From positions 99,388,001 to 99,452,000 of the forward strand of contig CM059431.1 of assembly GCA_030390025.1 (NCBI GenBank): DNA of 64,000 nucleotides, written 5' to 3'. A program made the translations under genes and the position numbers. This document shows positions 38,408-51,654 of the stretch, one piece after another (the stretch's first letter is position 1; every line of letters starts with the position of its first letter). Origin of the DNA: Squalus acanthias (Eukaryota). A model generated the notes under the pieces. The model searched no databases. It was not told the DNA's origin and was given only the letters and a program-made list of their open reading frames with translations.

Positions 38408-38817
38408 GGGCTGGATTTTCATTGACCCGTGGAGGCGGGTTTGGAGGCGTGTGGGGGGTTAAAATTGCAAAAACTGGCGGGCGGGCACAAGTCCGCCTCC
38501 ATCCCACCTCCACGCAATTTTCATTAAATCGTGTCTGCTGGTCCCAACTCCGTCTCGCCTTTAAGAGGCGGGATAGGCTGTTAAGGCCCTTAACAAGCAC
38601 TAAATTGACTCTATAATGCCATTTTGAAAGGCCTTTGTGATTTTAACCCTTGTTCTACGTGAAGCACGCCTGTTCTGAACCACGATTGTGAAACCTGGCG
38701 GGAGCACATTTTGAAAGCTGACTATCAGCAGGTCCACTATTACAACGGAGTAGTAGTAGTAAGAGGAAAAATATCTGGGAGCAGACCTAGGGCTGCTGCT
38801 CCTCATTTTGCCTTCAG

Positions 38818-38848
<31 letters not shown>

Positions 38849-38878
38849 CTCTCTCTCTCTCTCTCTCTGTGTCTCTCT

Positions 38879-38911
<33 letters not shown>

Positions 38912-39174
38912 CTGCTGCTGCTGCTGCTCATTTTGCATCCAGGTCCTCTCACAGCAAAGGCCAGAAGACCTTCAATGCAGCAGCAATGATGACATCATCA
39001 GAGGCGACTTTCAGACTGAAAACACTAATTGGTTCATGGGTTCCCACATGCTGGAACTGAGTTGCCCAATTAGGTGAAAATTGCATCAATCTCCCACATC
39101 CAATTGCAGTTGGGTGGATAACACGAAAAGTGGATGACACGACCCCAACCCGCCCCAGTATCAAAATCCAGCCC
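38408..39174. mobile_element. Harbinger-type MITE with internal (CT)n/(CTG)n microsatellite
   Basis: TIRs GGGCTGGATTTT...AAAATCCAGCCC, TSD AAG/AAG. Confidence 0.85.
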
Positions 39175-39370
39175 AAGATGTTCAGGCCACTAACCGGAGT
39201 GACCAGGACTGTCACACACGAGATTATATCTTAAGGCCTACCCAAAACCATGCAATAGCCACTTATTTATTTTTTCAGATTAACAATCTATCAATTGTTC
39301 AGTACAAATGTTAAGTATAAACCTGTTCCAGAATTAAGCAGAATACACCATGAGTGAAGTAACAATCCAA

Positions 39371-39583
39371 AATTGTATGCAAATTGGTCCCATGCTATAA
39401 AATCATTGACCTTTACCACCTTCACAGTAGTTGGGAGTCCAACGTCTGAATTTTAGAAGATTGTCTCTGAATGGTGTAATGACACTTTACGATGGTGGTT
39501 AAAGTTCTTTGATTTTGCTTTTTGCTGTATCTGAATTATCTGTAAATCGCTGCTAGTGTCGGCTGATGCATTTTCGCATTGCA
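39371..39583. repeat. Copy 1 of a local ~210-bp duplication (copy 2 = 41252-41401 + 42220-42294)
   Basis: Direct alignment by eye, with high similarity over the full length. Confidence 0.9.
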
Positions 39584-39840
39584 ATCCAAAGGAACAGACT
39601 TCTAGATCAGTTGGAAAATCCACCCTGTACTCCCCACATTTCCACAGATTAATATCTAAAATTTGCTTTAATAATCCGGTGTACACCTAACCCGAGGCGA
39701 ACCTTCCTCTGTTCGCAAGTTGTGGAGCAATGAATCGAGTTGTGCACCTACCAGGAATATCGCTGCAAGACTTGCTACTTTGGAAATGGTGTGAGGTGGA
39801 CAATTGGTGAACGACGGCTGCTTCAGTCGAATCAGTGCAT

Positions 39841-40962
39841 CTATCTAATCGTAGCCAGAGAATCACCTGCAACGGCTTCTCTTCCCGCTCCCACATCGTT
39901 ACCTCTGGTGTCCCCCAAGGATCTATCCTTGGCCCCCTCCTATTTCTCATCTACCTGTTGCCCCTTGGCGACATCATCTGAAAATGCAGCGTCAGTTTCC
40001 CCATGTACGCTGACGACACCCAGCTCTACCTCACCACCACTTCTCTCGACCCCTCCACGGTCTCTAAATTGTCAGACTGCTTGTCCGACATCCAGTTCTG
40101 GATGAGCAGAAATTTTCTATTGGGAAGACCGAAGCCATTGTTTTCGATCCCCGCCACAAACTCCGTTCCCTAGCCACTGACTCCATCCCTCTTCCTAACA
40201 TCTGTCTGAGGCTGAACCACACTGTTCGCAACCTTGGTGTTATATTTGACCCTGAAATGAGCTTCCGACCTCATATCCGCGACATAACTAAGATCGCCTA
40301 TTTCCACCTCCGTAACATCGCCCGTCTCCGCCCTTGCCTCAGCTCATCCACTGCTGAAACCCTCATCCATGCCTTTGTTACCTCTAGACATGACTATTCC
40401 AACGCACTCCTGGCTGGCCTCCCACATTCCACCCTACGTAAACTTGAGGTCATCCAAAACTCAGCTGCCTGTGTCCTAACTCGCACCAAGTCCCATTCAC
40501 CCATCACCCCTGTGCTCACTGACCTACATTGGCTCCCGGTTAAGCAACACCTCGATTTCAAAATTCTCATCCTTGTTTTCAAATCCCTCCATGGCCTCGC
40601 CCCTCCCTATCCCTGTAATCTCCTTCAGCCCCACAACCCCCCGAGATATCTGCGATCCTCTAATTCTGCCCTCTTGCGCATCCCTGATTATAATCACTCC
40701 ACCATTGGTGGCCGTGCCTTCTGTTGCCTAGGCCCTAAGCTCTGGAATTCCCTCCCTCAACCTCTCCGCCTCTCTACCTCTCTCTCCTCCAAGACGCTCC
40801 TTAAAACCTACCTCTTTGACCAAGCTTTTGGTCACTTGCCCTAATTTCTCCTTATGTGGCTTGGTGTCAAATTTTTGTCTTATAATACTGCTGTGAAGCG
40901 CCTTGGGACGTTTTACTATGTTAAAGGCGCTATATAAATACAAGTTGTTGTTGTTGTTGTTG
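39841..40962 (+). mobile_element. L2 LINE 3' 1.1 kb (RT pseudogene)
   Basis: [40 protein letters not shown] and a (GTT)n tail. Confidence 0.95.
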
Positions 40963-41401
40963 CATCCATAATTAAAACGGAAGGCTTACTCTGCTTGAAA
41001 TTAATGTTTTTTTTACATTCTACCAACAATGCTAATCTAGGCCAACAGCTTCCTTAAAGTAATGACTCCAGGTGAAATCTATAGGACGAGGCATAATATG
41101 TTAGTGCGCACAGGTAGTCTAGACACATTCCTCATTGATTTAGACTGTCTGATTCACAAGGTGCTGAATTCAGTGACTTAAGTACTCACTAACTTCTTTG
41201 AGCCCTCACACAGACCATACTTGAACTTCATTACACCTTGTGCTTGTGGTTAATTGTATGCAAATTGGTCCCGTGGTATAAAATCATTGACCTTTGCCAC
41301 CTATTCCCTCTTTCGCAGTAGTTGGGAGTTCAACGTCTGAATTTTAGAAGTTTGCCTCTGAATGGTGTAATGACAGGTTACGATGGTGCTTAAAGCTCTT
41401 T

Positions 41402-42219
41402 GGGGGAAAACTTCAGTTGGTTAGCGCTTCCCGTTAGCGCCTCCGGGGGGCGCTAGGAACTTAGTGCCCGAGCGCGGCGATTTTTGTGCCGCTCGCAAAA
41501 TTGACCAGTCATTTTGCAGCGCTGCTAAACACTGCCACCACGATCTCCTGCGCCCGCAGATCATGACATCAGTCGAGCGTGCAACGCCCCGGACCGGATA
41601 TTGAGTCGCGCCCCCTGCCTTAGCGCCTGCCGCTAGGAACGACAGGTAGAGGGGAACGTTTTCATTCGGGAAGGGGCTGGGGGAGCGCTATTTAAAGGCG
41701 GGCGCTTCCTGCCTTTTCTTGTCTGCAAAATTTTTGTTACACGCAGGTTAAGAGAGAGAGAGACGTCTGGAGGGATTTAACGCTGTCCTAAGGAGTTTTG
41801 GCCCTCAGCACCACTTTTGAGGTTCCTAAGCGCCGAGCTCTTTCCCTGGGCCTATCCATTAGTGCTTCCAACACCATTGCTTTCGAGGTCTCTCCAGGCC
41901 GAGATTCAAGGCTGCAATGAGCAGGGAGTGGCTGGCCAGCAAGATGGCCCCTCCCCTTTAAGAACTGGACGGCGCCAGTCTGTCTGGCTTCCATGGTAAC
42001 GGACATCGCCTGAGCTTCGGTAGCAGTCTGAGGTAGCGCCTCGCTCCCCGACGTTACCGCTTTCAGAGAGGAGTGTAGCGCCTGATTTAGCGCTGAAATC
42101 ACCTCCAGGGGCGATAGAGGCGAATTTTGCAGTCGGAGGCAATAATTAGCGCCGGGCGCTAAACTTTGCGCCCAGCCGATATTAGAACACCAAAATGGGC
42201 GATACCCAATTTTCCCCCC
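41402..42219. mobile_element. Harbinger-type MITE family H2, core A
   Basis: GGGGGAAAACTTCAGTTGG...CCAATTTTCCCCCC. Collinear with 9018-9906 and interrupts duplication copy 2. TSD not clean. Confidence 0.85.
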
Positions 42220-42704
42220 AAGTTTTTGCTTTGTGCTGTATCTGAATTATCTTTAAATCGCTGCTAGTGTCGGCTGATGCATTTTCACATTGCAGTGGCC
42301 GTTTTGCACATGCTATTCCCATGGTACTGTTGCTGCTACATTAGCAGCAGTCATGAGGTTCAGTGTGAGAATTCCACTGGGCATCCCAACGCCGGTGATC
42401 GATTTGGAGGATAAAGACTAAGGGGAACAAAGGCAGGTGTAATTCTAACTGGATCCCAATTGGCCGGGTCCCAGGAGCAGAGTCTTCAAGCTGAGGCTCA
42501 CCTCCCTGGGGATGTTTGAACAGATCAGCCCTCAACCATCTACACTTCTCAAGGAAGGCAGTCACAGAGTTGTGCCAATTCCAGTGAGATCGACCAAAGG
42601 GGCGGCTCTGGACCTGCTTGTCAACGTTATTACAAATATGATATATTTATGCAAAATCAGGACGGGAGCTTCCTGTAACTAGAGCTTCAGGTTTCAAAGG
42701 TTTT

Positions 42705-43700
42705 GCCTCGCCGCTCCCTATCTCTGTAACCTCTTCTAGCCGTACAACCCTCTGGGCTATCTGCATTCCTCCGCTTCCACCATCAGCGGCCGTGCCTTCA
42801 GCGGCCGAGGCCCTGAGCTCTGGAATTCCCCTCCCTAAACCTCTCCACTTCTCTAACTCGCTCCCCTCCTTTAAGACACTCTGTAAAACCTACGGGGGAA
42901 ACATTGAGTCGCCCCCCCCTTTGGGGCGCTAACTTCGCCGGGGCGCTAATTTTAGCGGCCCGAAAAAATTAGCGCCCCCGCGGCTGAAATTCATCGGTAG
43001 CGCCCCAAGAGGGAAGTGGGGTGCTACTGATAGTGCCCCCGCCTCCCTCTTGGGGCGCTGCGAGGGAATATTGCGGCGCTACGTGCCGCGGCATTGCAGG
43101 CCTTCCTCCCCTTCTTAATGGGGAGGGGCCTAGCGCAGCACGACCCGGGGCCCAGCTGGGACACCAGGGATCGGAGTGCCGGCAAAAGAGCGCAGCCGGC
43201 TGGTCAGGAGGCCGGCAACAGCAACGGGGGCAGGTGCTGGCAGGCAGCCAGCAACAAAACTGGCCGCCCGACACCTCGCCTTTAATTAGCGCCGCCCCGG
43301 CCGCAGGTAGGCCCCCCTGACCCCGTCGGACATAGCGTCCGGCGGTAAGTCGGGGCGCTACCGAAGATCGCAGCCGGGGCGCTGCGCACGGCCATGACGT
43401 CATCGCTGGTGGCGCAGCGCCGTGGGGCACTAATGGTTACCGCTGCCGCTAACCTCCTGCTGAATTTCGCAGGAGGCATTGGGGGCGCCGCGCCCGGGCG
43501 CTAGTTGCTTTGCGCCCTGTTAATGCCCTCTTAGGGCGCTAACGGGAAGCGCAAAGCAACCGAATTTCTCCCCCTACATCTCTCTGTCCTAATATCTCTT
43601 TATGTGGCTCGGTGTCAAATTTTGTTTGATAATCGCTCCTGTGAAGCGCCTTGGGACGTTTTACTACGTTAAAGGTGCTATATAAATACAAGTTGTTGTT
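42705..43700 (+). mobile_element. L2 3' fragment, interrupted by a MITE
   Basis: L2 sequence up to AAAACCTAC, resuming after the MITE with the tail. Confidence 0.85.
42894..43574. mobile_element. Harbinger-type MITE family H2, core B
   Basis: GGGGGAAACATTGAGT...CCGAATTTCTCCCCC, TSD TAC/TAC. Inverted paralog of 54235-54971. Confidence 0.9.
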
Positions 43701-44245
43701 TTGTATCTCTATCCTTGGGGCGGATGGTGTCGTCACTGACTCCGTGATGGGCTGCAGGTTTCCTTGTCCCTCTCGACTAGCCTGTTGAAGCAGCACTTCT
43801 GCAGACTCTCTGATATACCATGCAGGTAACGTAAGACCAGGAGGAGGCCACTCAGCCCCTCGAGCCTGTTCCGCCATTCAATCAGATCACGGCTGATCTG
43901 TATCTTAACTCCATTTACCCGCCTTGGTTCCGTAACCCTTAATACCCTTTAGCGAATAAAAATCTATCAATCTCAGTTTTGAAATTTCCAATTTACCCCC
44001 GGCTTCAACAGCTTTTTGGGGGGCGAGAGTTCCAGTTTTCCACCACCCTTTGTGTGAAGAAAGGCTTCCTGACATCACCCCTGAACGGCCTGGCTCTAAT
44101 TTTAGATTCTGAAGATTCTCAAAAGGGACGGCATAAAGTGTTTCTGCTTAATAGCTCTCCACACAGGCAGCCCTGTTTAAGAATGTGTTGGAACCTGCAG
44201 CAGGGCAATGCCTGGTCGTAGGTCTCTGTTCTGGCTGTTGGACCA

Positions 44246-45290
44246 ATCCTTGGCCCCTCCTATTTCTCATCTACATGTTGCCCCTTGGTGACATCATCCG
44301 AAAATGCAGCGTCAGTTTCCACAGATACGCTGACGACACCCAGCTCTACCTCACCACCACTTCTCTCGACCCCTCCACAGCGTCTAAATTGTCAGACTGC
44401 TTCTCCGACATCCAGTTCTGGATGAGTAGAAATTTTCTCCAATTAAATATTGGGAAGACCGAAGCCATTGTTTTCGGTCCCCGCCACAAACTCCGTTCCC
44501 TAGCCACCGACTCCATCCCTCTCCCTAACATCTGTCTGAGGCTGAACCACACTGTTCGCAACCTTGGTGTCATATTTGACCCTGAAATGAGCTTCCGACC
44601 ACATATCCGCAGCATAACAAAGACCGCCTACTTCCATCTCCGTAACATCGCCCGTCTCCGCCCTTGCCTCAGCTCATCCGCTGCTGAAACCCTCAACCAT
44701 GCCTTTGTTACCTCTAGACTTGACTATTCCAACGCACTCCTGGCCGGCCTCCCACATTCCACCCTAAGTAAACTTGAGGTGATCCAAAGCTCGGCTGCCC
44801 GTGTCCTAACTCGCACCAAGTCCCGTTCGCCCATCTCCCCTGTGCTCGCTGACCTACATTGTCTCCCGGTTAAGCAGCGCCTCGATTTCAAAATTCTCAT
44901 CCTTGTTTTCAAATCCCTCCATGGCCTCGCCCCTTCCTATCTCTGTAATCTCCTCCAGCCCCACAACCCCCCGAGATATCTGCGCTCCTCTAATTCTGCC
45001 CCCTTGAGCATCCCTGATTATAATCGCTCAACCTTTGGTGGCTGTGCCTTCTGTTACCGAGAAGCTCTGGAATTCCCTCCCTAAACCTCTCCGCCTCGCT
45101 ACCTCTCTCTCCTCCTTTAAGACGCTCCTTAAAACCTACCTCTTTGACCAAGCTTTTGGTCACCTGCCCTAATTTCTGCTTATGTGGCTCGGTGTCAAAT
45201 TTTTGTCTTTTAATACTCCTGTGAAGCGTCTTGGGACGTTTTACTACGTTAAAGGCTCTATATAAATACAAGCTGTTGTTGTTGATGTTG
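44246..45290 (+). mobile_element. L2 LINE 3' 1 kb (RT pseudogene)
   Basis: RYADDTQLY, LQLNIGKTE, HAFVTSRLDYSN and tail. Confidence 0.95.
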
Positions 45291-45520
45291 CAGTTCCTTT
45301 GAAGTCACTTCCATTTGCCAGTGAACGTCAGCACATGCTCTCTTCAGCCTCCATCGACATGAGTTCACTGAACTGAATGTACCTGGGCTGCTGAATGAAA
45401 TACACACGGTGCCAGTGGCAATACCTTGCGTGCCGTGCTGCTACTGGGCAAACGGGAATACATCAGTGAGATAAGTTGAGGGAAGAGCAAGGAGAAGTGG
45501 TTTAAGAAAAGGAAAGTATA

Positions 45521-46117
45521 AACTGCCATTTCTACAGCGCCTTTCAAAACATCAGGACGTCCCAAAGCGCTTTACAGCCAATGAAGTACTTTTTGAAGTG
45601 TAGTCACTGTGGTAATGTGGGAAACGCGGCAGCCAATTTGTGCACAGCAAGATCCCACAAACAGCAATGTGATAAATGATCACATAATCTGTTTCAGTGA
45701 TGTTGGTTGAGGGATAAATATTGGCCCCAGGACACCGGGGATAACTCCCCTGCTCTTCTTCAAAATAGTGGCCGTGGGATCTTTTACATCTACCTGAGAG
45801 AGCAGACGGGGCCTCGGTTTAGCATCTCATCTGAAAGACGGCACCTCCGACAGTGCAGCACTCCCTCAGTACTGCCCCTCCGACAGTGCGGCGCTCCCTC
45901 AGTACTGCCCCTCCGACAGTGCGGCGCTCCCTCAGTACTGCCCCTCCGACAGTGCTGTGCTCCATCAGTACTGCCCCTCCGATAGTACGGCGCTCCTCAG
46001 TACTGCCCCCCGACAGTGCGGTGCTCCCTCAGTACCGCCCCTCTGACAGCACAGCCCTGCCTCAGCACAGCGCTCCCTCAGCACAGCGCTCCCTCAGCAC
46101 AGTGCTCCCTCAGTACT
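45521..46117 (-). mobile_element. Deu-SINE with 33-bp expansion (~6 units plus 16-bp subunits, 45844-46116), head missing
   Basis: Reverse complement of the SINE core and of the minisatellite unit. Confidence 0.9.
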
Positions 46118-46699
46118 GACACTGAAGTTTAAGAGTACACTTGCCTTGTTCTGCTGCCAATAAGCTGTCAAGCTGTTTGTGGCCTGCCTCAACTATGGTC
46201 TGCACTCCCAAAATTTGAAGAGGTACCTCCTCTCGGTGACTCTGCCATCCGTCTGATTCGTATCCCCTGTGGTTGTGTGCAGTTGCATTCTTTAAAAATA
46301 GGCTGAACAAATGCTTTGTGGTTTGGGGAACGACACAGAGTAGCAGCTCGTGTCCAGCCCACATCTCATCTTGTGTAAACGGAATAGTAAACAGTGTGCA
46401 GCTAATTTTGGGTTCGACTTTGACTTTGCACAGCATGCTACAGTTTAGGTGTGGAATTAGAAGCGTCAAAGTGGCAACCACAACGTTTGAGTTTCAGTAT
46501 TCTAGATATGAAGCTTTCATTCTGGGGCACAGTACTTGGACCATCTGTATTGTTGGCATATACGTTGTTTGATTTCTTATAGTTTGGACTGTCCTACCTT
46601 TGACACTGTTGGAGAATCCTTCCTCATCTGCTCCCACGTTTTATGGATGCGGAGGACTACAGTGACCGAGCACCTCCCTGACCTGTTTGCTGCACATTA

Positions 46700-47063
46700 G
46701 TGATGCTCTCCTGGCCGGCCTCCCACCTGCCCGTGTCCTAACTCGCACCAAGTCCCGTTCACCCATCACCCCTGTGCTCGCTGACCTACATTGGCTCCCG
46801 GTTGAGCAATGCCTCGATTTCAAAATTCTCATCCTTGTTTTCAAATCCCTCCATGGTCGGGAATTCCCTCCCTAAACCTCTCCACCTCTCTCTCCTCCTT
46901 TAAGATGCTCCTTAAAACCTTCCTCTTTGGCCAACCTTTTGGTCACCTGTCCTAATATCTCCTATGTGGCTTGTTGTTAAATTTTGTTTGATAATTGCTC
47001 CTGTGAAGCGCCTTGGGACGTTTTACTACATTAAAGGCGCTATATAAATGCAGGTTGGTGTTG
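46700..47063 (+). mobile_element. L2 3' fragment with internal deletions
   Basis: [25 protein letters not shown] and tail. Confidence 0.88.
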
Positions 47064-47229
47064 AGTAGGGTTCCCACTATCTTCCTCTCTTTCACCTCTT
47101 CCAGCAGAAAATCCAAAATTAATCAAAGGGCAACAGTTCTGCCCATGTGCATTTGCCAACCTTCCATAGCTGCTCTCCAATTCAGCCAAAGCGACAAGGT
47201 GCGCCGAAATGGATCAGCAGCAGGCCTTT

Positions 47230-48020
47230 AATCCCGGGAAAAATGCAGCCAGTGCTCCTGCAATCTTTTTCCAAAATAGAGTTGAGAGATGATTTCACTG
47301 GGTTCATCAAGGTGGACCTATTATAATAGACTCCCCACCACTTCAAACGTCCATGTTTTAGCCAAAAATGAAAAACCAAGAACCATTTGCATTGTCGTCA
47401 ATTTCAAAACTGCTCTCATGATTGGCCACCTCATCCATTCATTGCATTTCCTGTGATCATGGAGAACTTGCAGTGCACACCTACAAATATAAATGACAGT
47501 CCCCACCGTTCACAGCGGGGGTGTTTTTGCGAAGGCGATTTGCCCGCTATACGCGATGGTCGGTATGACGGGGTACTGCTATGACAGTACTCTACTGCAT
47601 ACTGTAGATCAGTATTGAAGTCATGTTTGCTATTGCAGTCAGTGCTTAGTTCAAGCTGTAATCCCACACCACTTATAGGGGATTCGAAGAGTTTAAGTAA
47701 GGTCCAAGTAACTCTTGTGTAAAGAGGTGCTATTTACTTCTCTCTGTTCTTGCATTCAGCGCAGCTTAACCAGGTGCGAACTAGTGCGTAAACACAAATG
47801 CCCCAAATAAACGGAGCGCTTAAGACGCTGTAACCGGCAACTTTGAAATTGACGACAATGCAAATGGTTCTTGGTTTTTCCTTTTTGGCTGAAACATGGA
47901 CGTTTGAAGTGGTGGGGAGTCTATTACAATAGGTCCACCTTGATGAACCCAGTGAAATCATCTCTCAACTCTATTTTGGAAAAAGATTGCAGGAGCACAG
48001 GCTGCAACTTTCCCGGGATT
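47230..48020. repeat. Long inverted repeat: 184-bp arms (47230-47413 / 47837-48020), 423-bp spacer
   Basis: Manual alignment gives 8 mismatches and no indels. Confidence 0.95.
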
Positions 48021-48489
48021 GCAGAATCAATCTTTGTATGTTGACAAACCCCACGGAAACATTTTGGGTGGAAAATGCATTGGATCAGGTCAAGGACATT
48101 ATATACGGTGCACTGTATCCGACTGAGGCACCCCTCATGCTACAGGTGATGCCTGCAGAAGGGACTTAGACAACCGAAGCTCAGGTCAGGAGATGTTGGG
48201 AAATAGCTCTTCACCGAAGGAAACAAATGAGATCTGATTGGTCTAGAGAAAATACTGCAGTAACTTTCTGCTTAAATTCCATTTAAATTGTTTAATTAAT
48301 GAGATAATGATTGTCTTGCCGTTGTATGCTCTTGACCCATTTCTGCATCGTCACTCTGTCAGACAAGTTGAGGTTTGCAAAGTTAGTACAAGAGTTGGGC
48401 ATCTCTTCATGCTGCTCCATTTCAGAAACTTTCCTGCACAGAAATGTTTCCCCCCTCCCGAATTCACCAGGGACTTGATTCAAATCGGA

Positions 48490-48905
48490 GAACTTTTCTC
48501 TAGAAAAGAGAAGGCTGAGGGGGGGCGACCCGATAGAGGTCTTTAAAATTATGAAGGAGTTCGATAGGGTAGATGTAGAGAAGATGTTTCCACTTGTGGG
48601 GGAGACCAAAACTAGGGGCCATCAATATAAGATAATCACTAATAAATCCAATAGGGAATTCAGGAGAAACTTCTTTACTCAGAGTGGTGAGAATGTGGAA
48701 CTCACTAACACAGGGAGTGGTTGAGGAGAATAGCAGAGAGACATTGAAGGGGAAGCTGGTTAAACACAGGAGGGAGAAAGGAATAGAAGGATATGTTGAT
48801 GGGGTGAGATGAAGAGGGGTGGGAGGAGGCTGGTGTGGAGCATAAACACCGGCACGGACCAGTTGGGCTGAATGGCCTGTTTCTGTGCTGTAGATTCGAT
48901 GTAAA
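48490..48905 (+). mobile_element. CR1 3' fragment
   Basis: Homologous to 28270-28686. Confidence 0.88.
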
Positions 48906-49127
48906 TACAACTTTGTGAGCTTCCGATGTAGAAACACAGACATGCTTTATCAAAGGCTTAGCTATGTTAACAAGATTACTGTCCTATTCTACTGCTCATC
49001 TTTCATGCTGAAAATCGAGTGTTGCTAATTTTTGTCTTGATACTTTGTACTTTAAAAACAAAACCACCTCAATATCCTTTGGAGAAGTTTGTAATTATTA
49101 ATTTGCTTTTTTGTCAACAAACTTAAG

Positions 49128-49812
49128 TCATAGAATCACACACAGAAGGAGGCCATTCGGCCCATCGTGCCTGTGCCGGCTCTTTGAAAGAGCTCTCCAA
49201 TTAGTCCCACTCCCCCTGCCCTTTCCCCGTAGCCCTGCAAATATTTTTCAGTTCAAGTATTGATCCAATTCCCTTTTGAAAGTTACTATTGAATCTGCTT
49301 CCACCGCCCTTTCAGACAGCGCATTCCAGATCACAACAACTCACTTGTAAAAACATTCCTCATCTCCCCTCTGGTTCTTTTGACAATTACCAGGCCAAAA
49401 ACCTCACTGTTTTAATCATATCTGCTGATTATCCACATTGATTGGAAAAAGTAATTAAGATAAGTGGCCAGGCTCTAGTCAATGCACCTGCCATGTATAA
49501 GTGAATACAATAACAACAACAATCTGTATTTATAGAGCACCTTTAACATAGTAAAACCTCCCAAGGCGATTCAAGGAGTGTTATCAGATAAAATTTGACA
49601 CCGAGCCACATATAGAGATATTAGGACAGGTGACCAAAAGCTTGGTCGAAGAGGTAAGTTTTAAGGAGCGTCCTAAAGGAGGAGAGAGAGGCGGAGAGGT
49701 TTAGGGAGGGAATTCCAGAGCTTAGGGCCCAGGCAGCTGAAGGCACGGCCGCCAGTGGTGGGGCAATGGAAATCGGTGATGCTTAAGAGGCCAGAATTGG
49801 AGGAGCGCAGAG
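49128..49812 (-). mobile_element. CR1 3' end (49128-49390) and L2 3' end (49510-49812)
   Basis: Homology to the other CR1 and L2 tails in the window. Confidence 0.85.
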
Positions 49813-50971
49813 TTATGCAATACACCTCATAGGGATTGTGCTGTAACTCATACAAATGACATTGAATTGGATTGTAACAATGTCCAAACACCTGTATCGC
49901 GGTTTGTGAATCACATATTGTGGCTATAATACAATTAGAATTTCTTTCTAATGAAGGCTTCGCAGATTTTCAGATTAGAATCCCAGATAATTCAGGCCTG
50001 CGTAAAATAATGTCTAAAGAGCAGCTTCAGACTGGAAAGCAAGTTTCTTTTACGAATAAACTTAAACTGACTTTCTACATTGCCTGCATGGGAATAATTG
50101 CAAGGGTAATTGAAGGGACGGTTAAGGGTGAGAGATTCAGTGAGCCTTACATTGGGAAAGAAAGAAATTGCATTTCTATAGCGCCTTTCACGACCGCAGG
50201 GCGTCCCAAAGCACTTTACAACCAATGAAGTACTTTTGAAATGCAACGGCACCGTGCATGGTATAGCTAATGGAGTGGTAGGGCATCAGTTCATGGCTAA
50301 AGTCCCTCACACAATGAGCTCTGAATTTCTGTCAAGCTCTGTGGAGGGGCTGAGAGAAGGTCGGTAACAGGAAGAGGGAAAATTAGAGGATAAATCAACC
50401 ACAACATCTCTGCCTGTCCTCTGAGCCGCTGGTTCCAGGGTGACATAACTATTAGGAGGGGCTCACTATCCCAAAAGAATGAAAGACTTGCATTTCTATA
50501 GCGCCTTTCACGACCACCGGACGTCCCAAAGCGCTTTACAGTCAATGAGGTACTTTTGAAGTGGAGTCACTGTTGTAATGTGGGAACAGGGGGAAATGAA
50601 ACTAAAGGAGATGGGTAAAAGCAGAAGAATATATATCTATATATACACCACACATTAGGAACTAACCAATTTAACGGTAATTGAAATTGTCATGATCCCA
50701 CAATTTTTTTTTGATTTAATCTGAAATATTTTGATTTTATTTTTTTCAAAGAAGTAGTTTTCCTTTTGTTGCTATGATCCAGCTGTGTGAAGTTTCTCAA
50801 TTGCTCATAACCTGTGTCACAGAGCCCGGGGATCTACTTATATTACAGATGATCTGGGAAACGATGGCAGGATGGCTTGGTTAAAAATACTGAAGGAACA
50901 TTCGACTTGCTGATGCACAGTTAAACCTCCCGCAGCGCACTCCTTGTGAACAGACCGCTCACCCTACACAA

Positions 50972-51322
50972 GATCATAAGAATTAGGAGCAGGAGGAGGC
51001 CATTCGGCCCCTCGAGCCTGCTCCGCCATTCAATAAGATCATGGCTGACCTTCAACCTCAACTCCACTTTCCCGCCCGATCCCCATATCCCTTGATTCCC
51101 TTAGTGCCCAAAAATCTGTCGATCTCAGTCTTGAATATACTCAATGACTGAGCCTCCACAGCCCTCTGGGGTAGAGAATGACAAAGATTCACCACCCTCT
51201 GAGTGAAGAAATTCCTCCTCATCTCAGTCCTAAATGGCCGACCCCCTATCCTGGGAAACATCCTCCCTGCATCTACCCTGTCAAGCCCTCTAAGAATTTT
51301 ATACATTTCAATGAGATCACCT
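50972..51322 (-). mobile_element. CR1 3' fragment
   Basis: RPFRTEMRRNFFTQRVVNL. Confidence 0.9.
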
Positions 51323-51654
51323 CTCTACATTTAGAAAGCAAGGTAGAGCCCATCAGTGCGTTAATTGTCATTTAATGACTATGTGTCTGGCCTTCACATC
51401 ATTGCAAACATCCCTGTCATTTCGTGGAGTATATTTTGTCTTTTTTTAAAACACTTGGCAGACAATTCATCTATTTTCAGCTCACTGCCTGTGCATGCTA
51501 TAATAGATGGCAGGCAATAGGTTACAAGGCCATAATTCAAGCAACCAGTTTTGATGATATAAATCGCCAGAGTCAAGCTCCAGATTTTTATTGATGATAT
51601 CAGGGCCCCAATTTTCATCCACTACCTTGTACACGACCAGCTTTTCGTTATTAA

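Noticed and set aside
44185..45084. 299-aa ORF
   Set aside because: Truncated L2 RT fragment with a fortuitous start.
47105..47198. Possible + strand exon after a strong polypyrimidine acceptor
   Set aside because: Weak donor, unrecognisable peptide and no partner exons.
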